From Octopus sinensis (lineage: Eukaryota), in contig NW_021828795.1 in NCBI RefSeq assembly GCF_006345805.1, forward strand, positions 1-7,730: 7,730 nt of DNA, given 5' to 3'. Numbering within the stretch: the first letter of the stretch is position 1; each line of letters begins with the position of its first letter. Under the pieces are notes generated by a model that did not search any database, was not told the origin of the DNA, and was given only the letters and a program-made list of their open reading frames with translations. Made by a program: the position numbers and the translations under genes. Below, piece by piece: positions 7,157 to 7,730 of this stretch.

Positions 7157-7699
7157 TTATTTAAAGTATTTAAACGTTCGGGTTGTACGATGTATACAAG
7201 ATGCTCCCAGTTCCAAACGGTTATTCAACAGATTTGTATTACTCTGATGTTTTAAAATTTCATAAGTTTCCATAGAACAAAGTTGACAACCATCCCTACT
7301 ATTTCTATAAGGTTGCGCCCTTCTTACAATATCCCATTTTAGGTTGAATTCTATATTATTTGTTTTTAGTTCCCAAATTTTGCTAGATAATGTTGTGCAA
7401 CCTGCCTTATGTTTGAGCCTAAAAGAGGAAAAATGATTGTTAAGACGTCTTTTAAGATCCACCAAACATCCGAAATAAAGAAAGCTATTGCTAGAAGTTA
7501 TTATCGTGCATTCATAAATTACGTTTTTGACCGAACAACGACCAGATACCGGACATTTTGATCTAATCCTACAATTACAACTGGGGGGATAGTGTCCGGT
7601 ACTGGAATTATTTAAGGATAGTTCACTTTCATTACTATTATTTAAATTAGTATTAGTATTATTTTCATATACCATACTGGCTTTCAATTTAACATTCAT
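7157..7699 (-). CDS. GIY-YIG endonuclease domain of a Penelope-like retroelement (C-terminal EN type), 5'-truncated, frame intact
   Basis: CNC-x5-C-x5-C linker, VIY-x12-YFG (GIY-YIG), R85, H89, CQLC, E144, LLN159 and a terminal CIH. It ends in a double stop TAATAA. The first 11 codons come from the inverted repeat. Confidence 0.85.
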   Translation of the reverse strand: MNVKLKASMVYENNTNTNLNNSNESELSLNNSSTGHYPPSCNCRIRSKCPVSGRCSVKNVIYECTIITSSNSFLYFGCLVDLKRRLNNHFSSFRLKHKAGCTTLSSKIWELKTNNIEFNLKWDIVRRAQPYRNSRDGCQLCSMETYEILKHQSNTNLLNNRLELGASCIHRTTRTFKYFK

Positions 7700-7730
7700 A
7701 GATGACTAAAAAATTTTCACTGCAAACTTG
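7667..7730 (-). repeat. Right arm of the inverted repeat (runs off the window); encodes MNVKLKASMVY
   Basis: Reverse complement of 7032-7095; the match ends exactly at the last base of codon Y11 (7667). Confidence 0.93.

Noticed and set aside
1-7730. CRISPR array, rRNA or prokaryotic operon
   Set aside because: No regularly spaced repeat-spacer units or prokaryotic gene organisation; the content is eukaryotic repeat DNA.

Overview
Repeat-dominated, AT-rich eukaryotic DNA with no recognisable host gene. The SINE type, RTE LINE and dense (TA)n/(TG)n tracts suggest a cephalopod (octopus-like) genome; this is inference. From left to right: (1) a decayed RTE-clade LINE (1-2217, +) whose RT ORF is broken by 2 frameshifts and 3 stops and carries a PHD-like zinc finger inside the RT domain; (2) a near-perfect foldback palindrome (2503-2896, ~195-bp arms, 5-nt spacer) with a complete minimal type I hammerhead ribozyme in each arm, arranged head-to-head; (3) several short unclassified cassettes wedged between (TA)n tracts; (4) three copies of a tRNA-derived SINE with an internal microsatellite; (5) a second, minus-strand copy of the RTE 3' end; (6) an uninterrupted GIY-YIG endonuclease ORF of Penelope-like element (PLE) type (7157-7699, -), bracketed by a >=64-bp inverted repeat that supplies its first 11 codons. 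The hammerhead foldback and the inverted-repeat-flanked GIY-YIG both look like products of PLE truncation and inversion, and are the most interesting parts of the window. Most listed ORFs between 2178 and 6442 are microsatellite or SINE artefacts.
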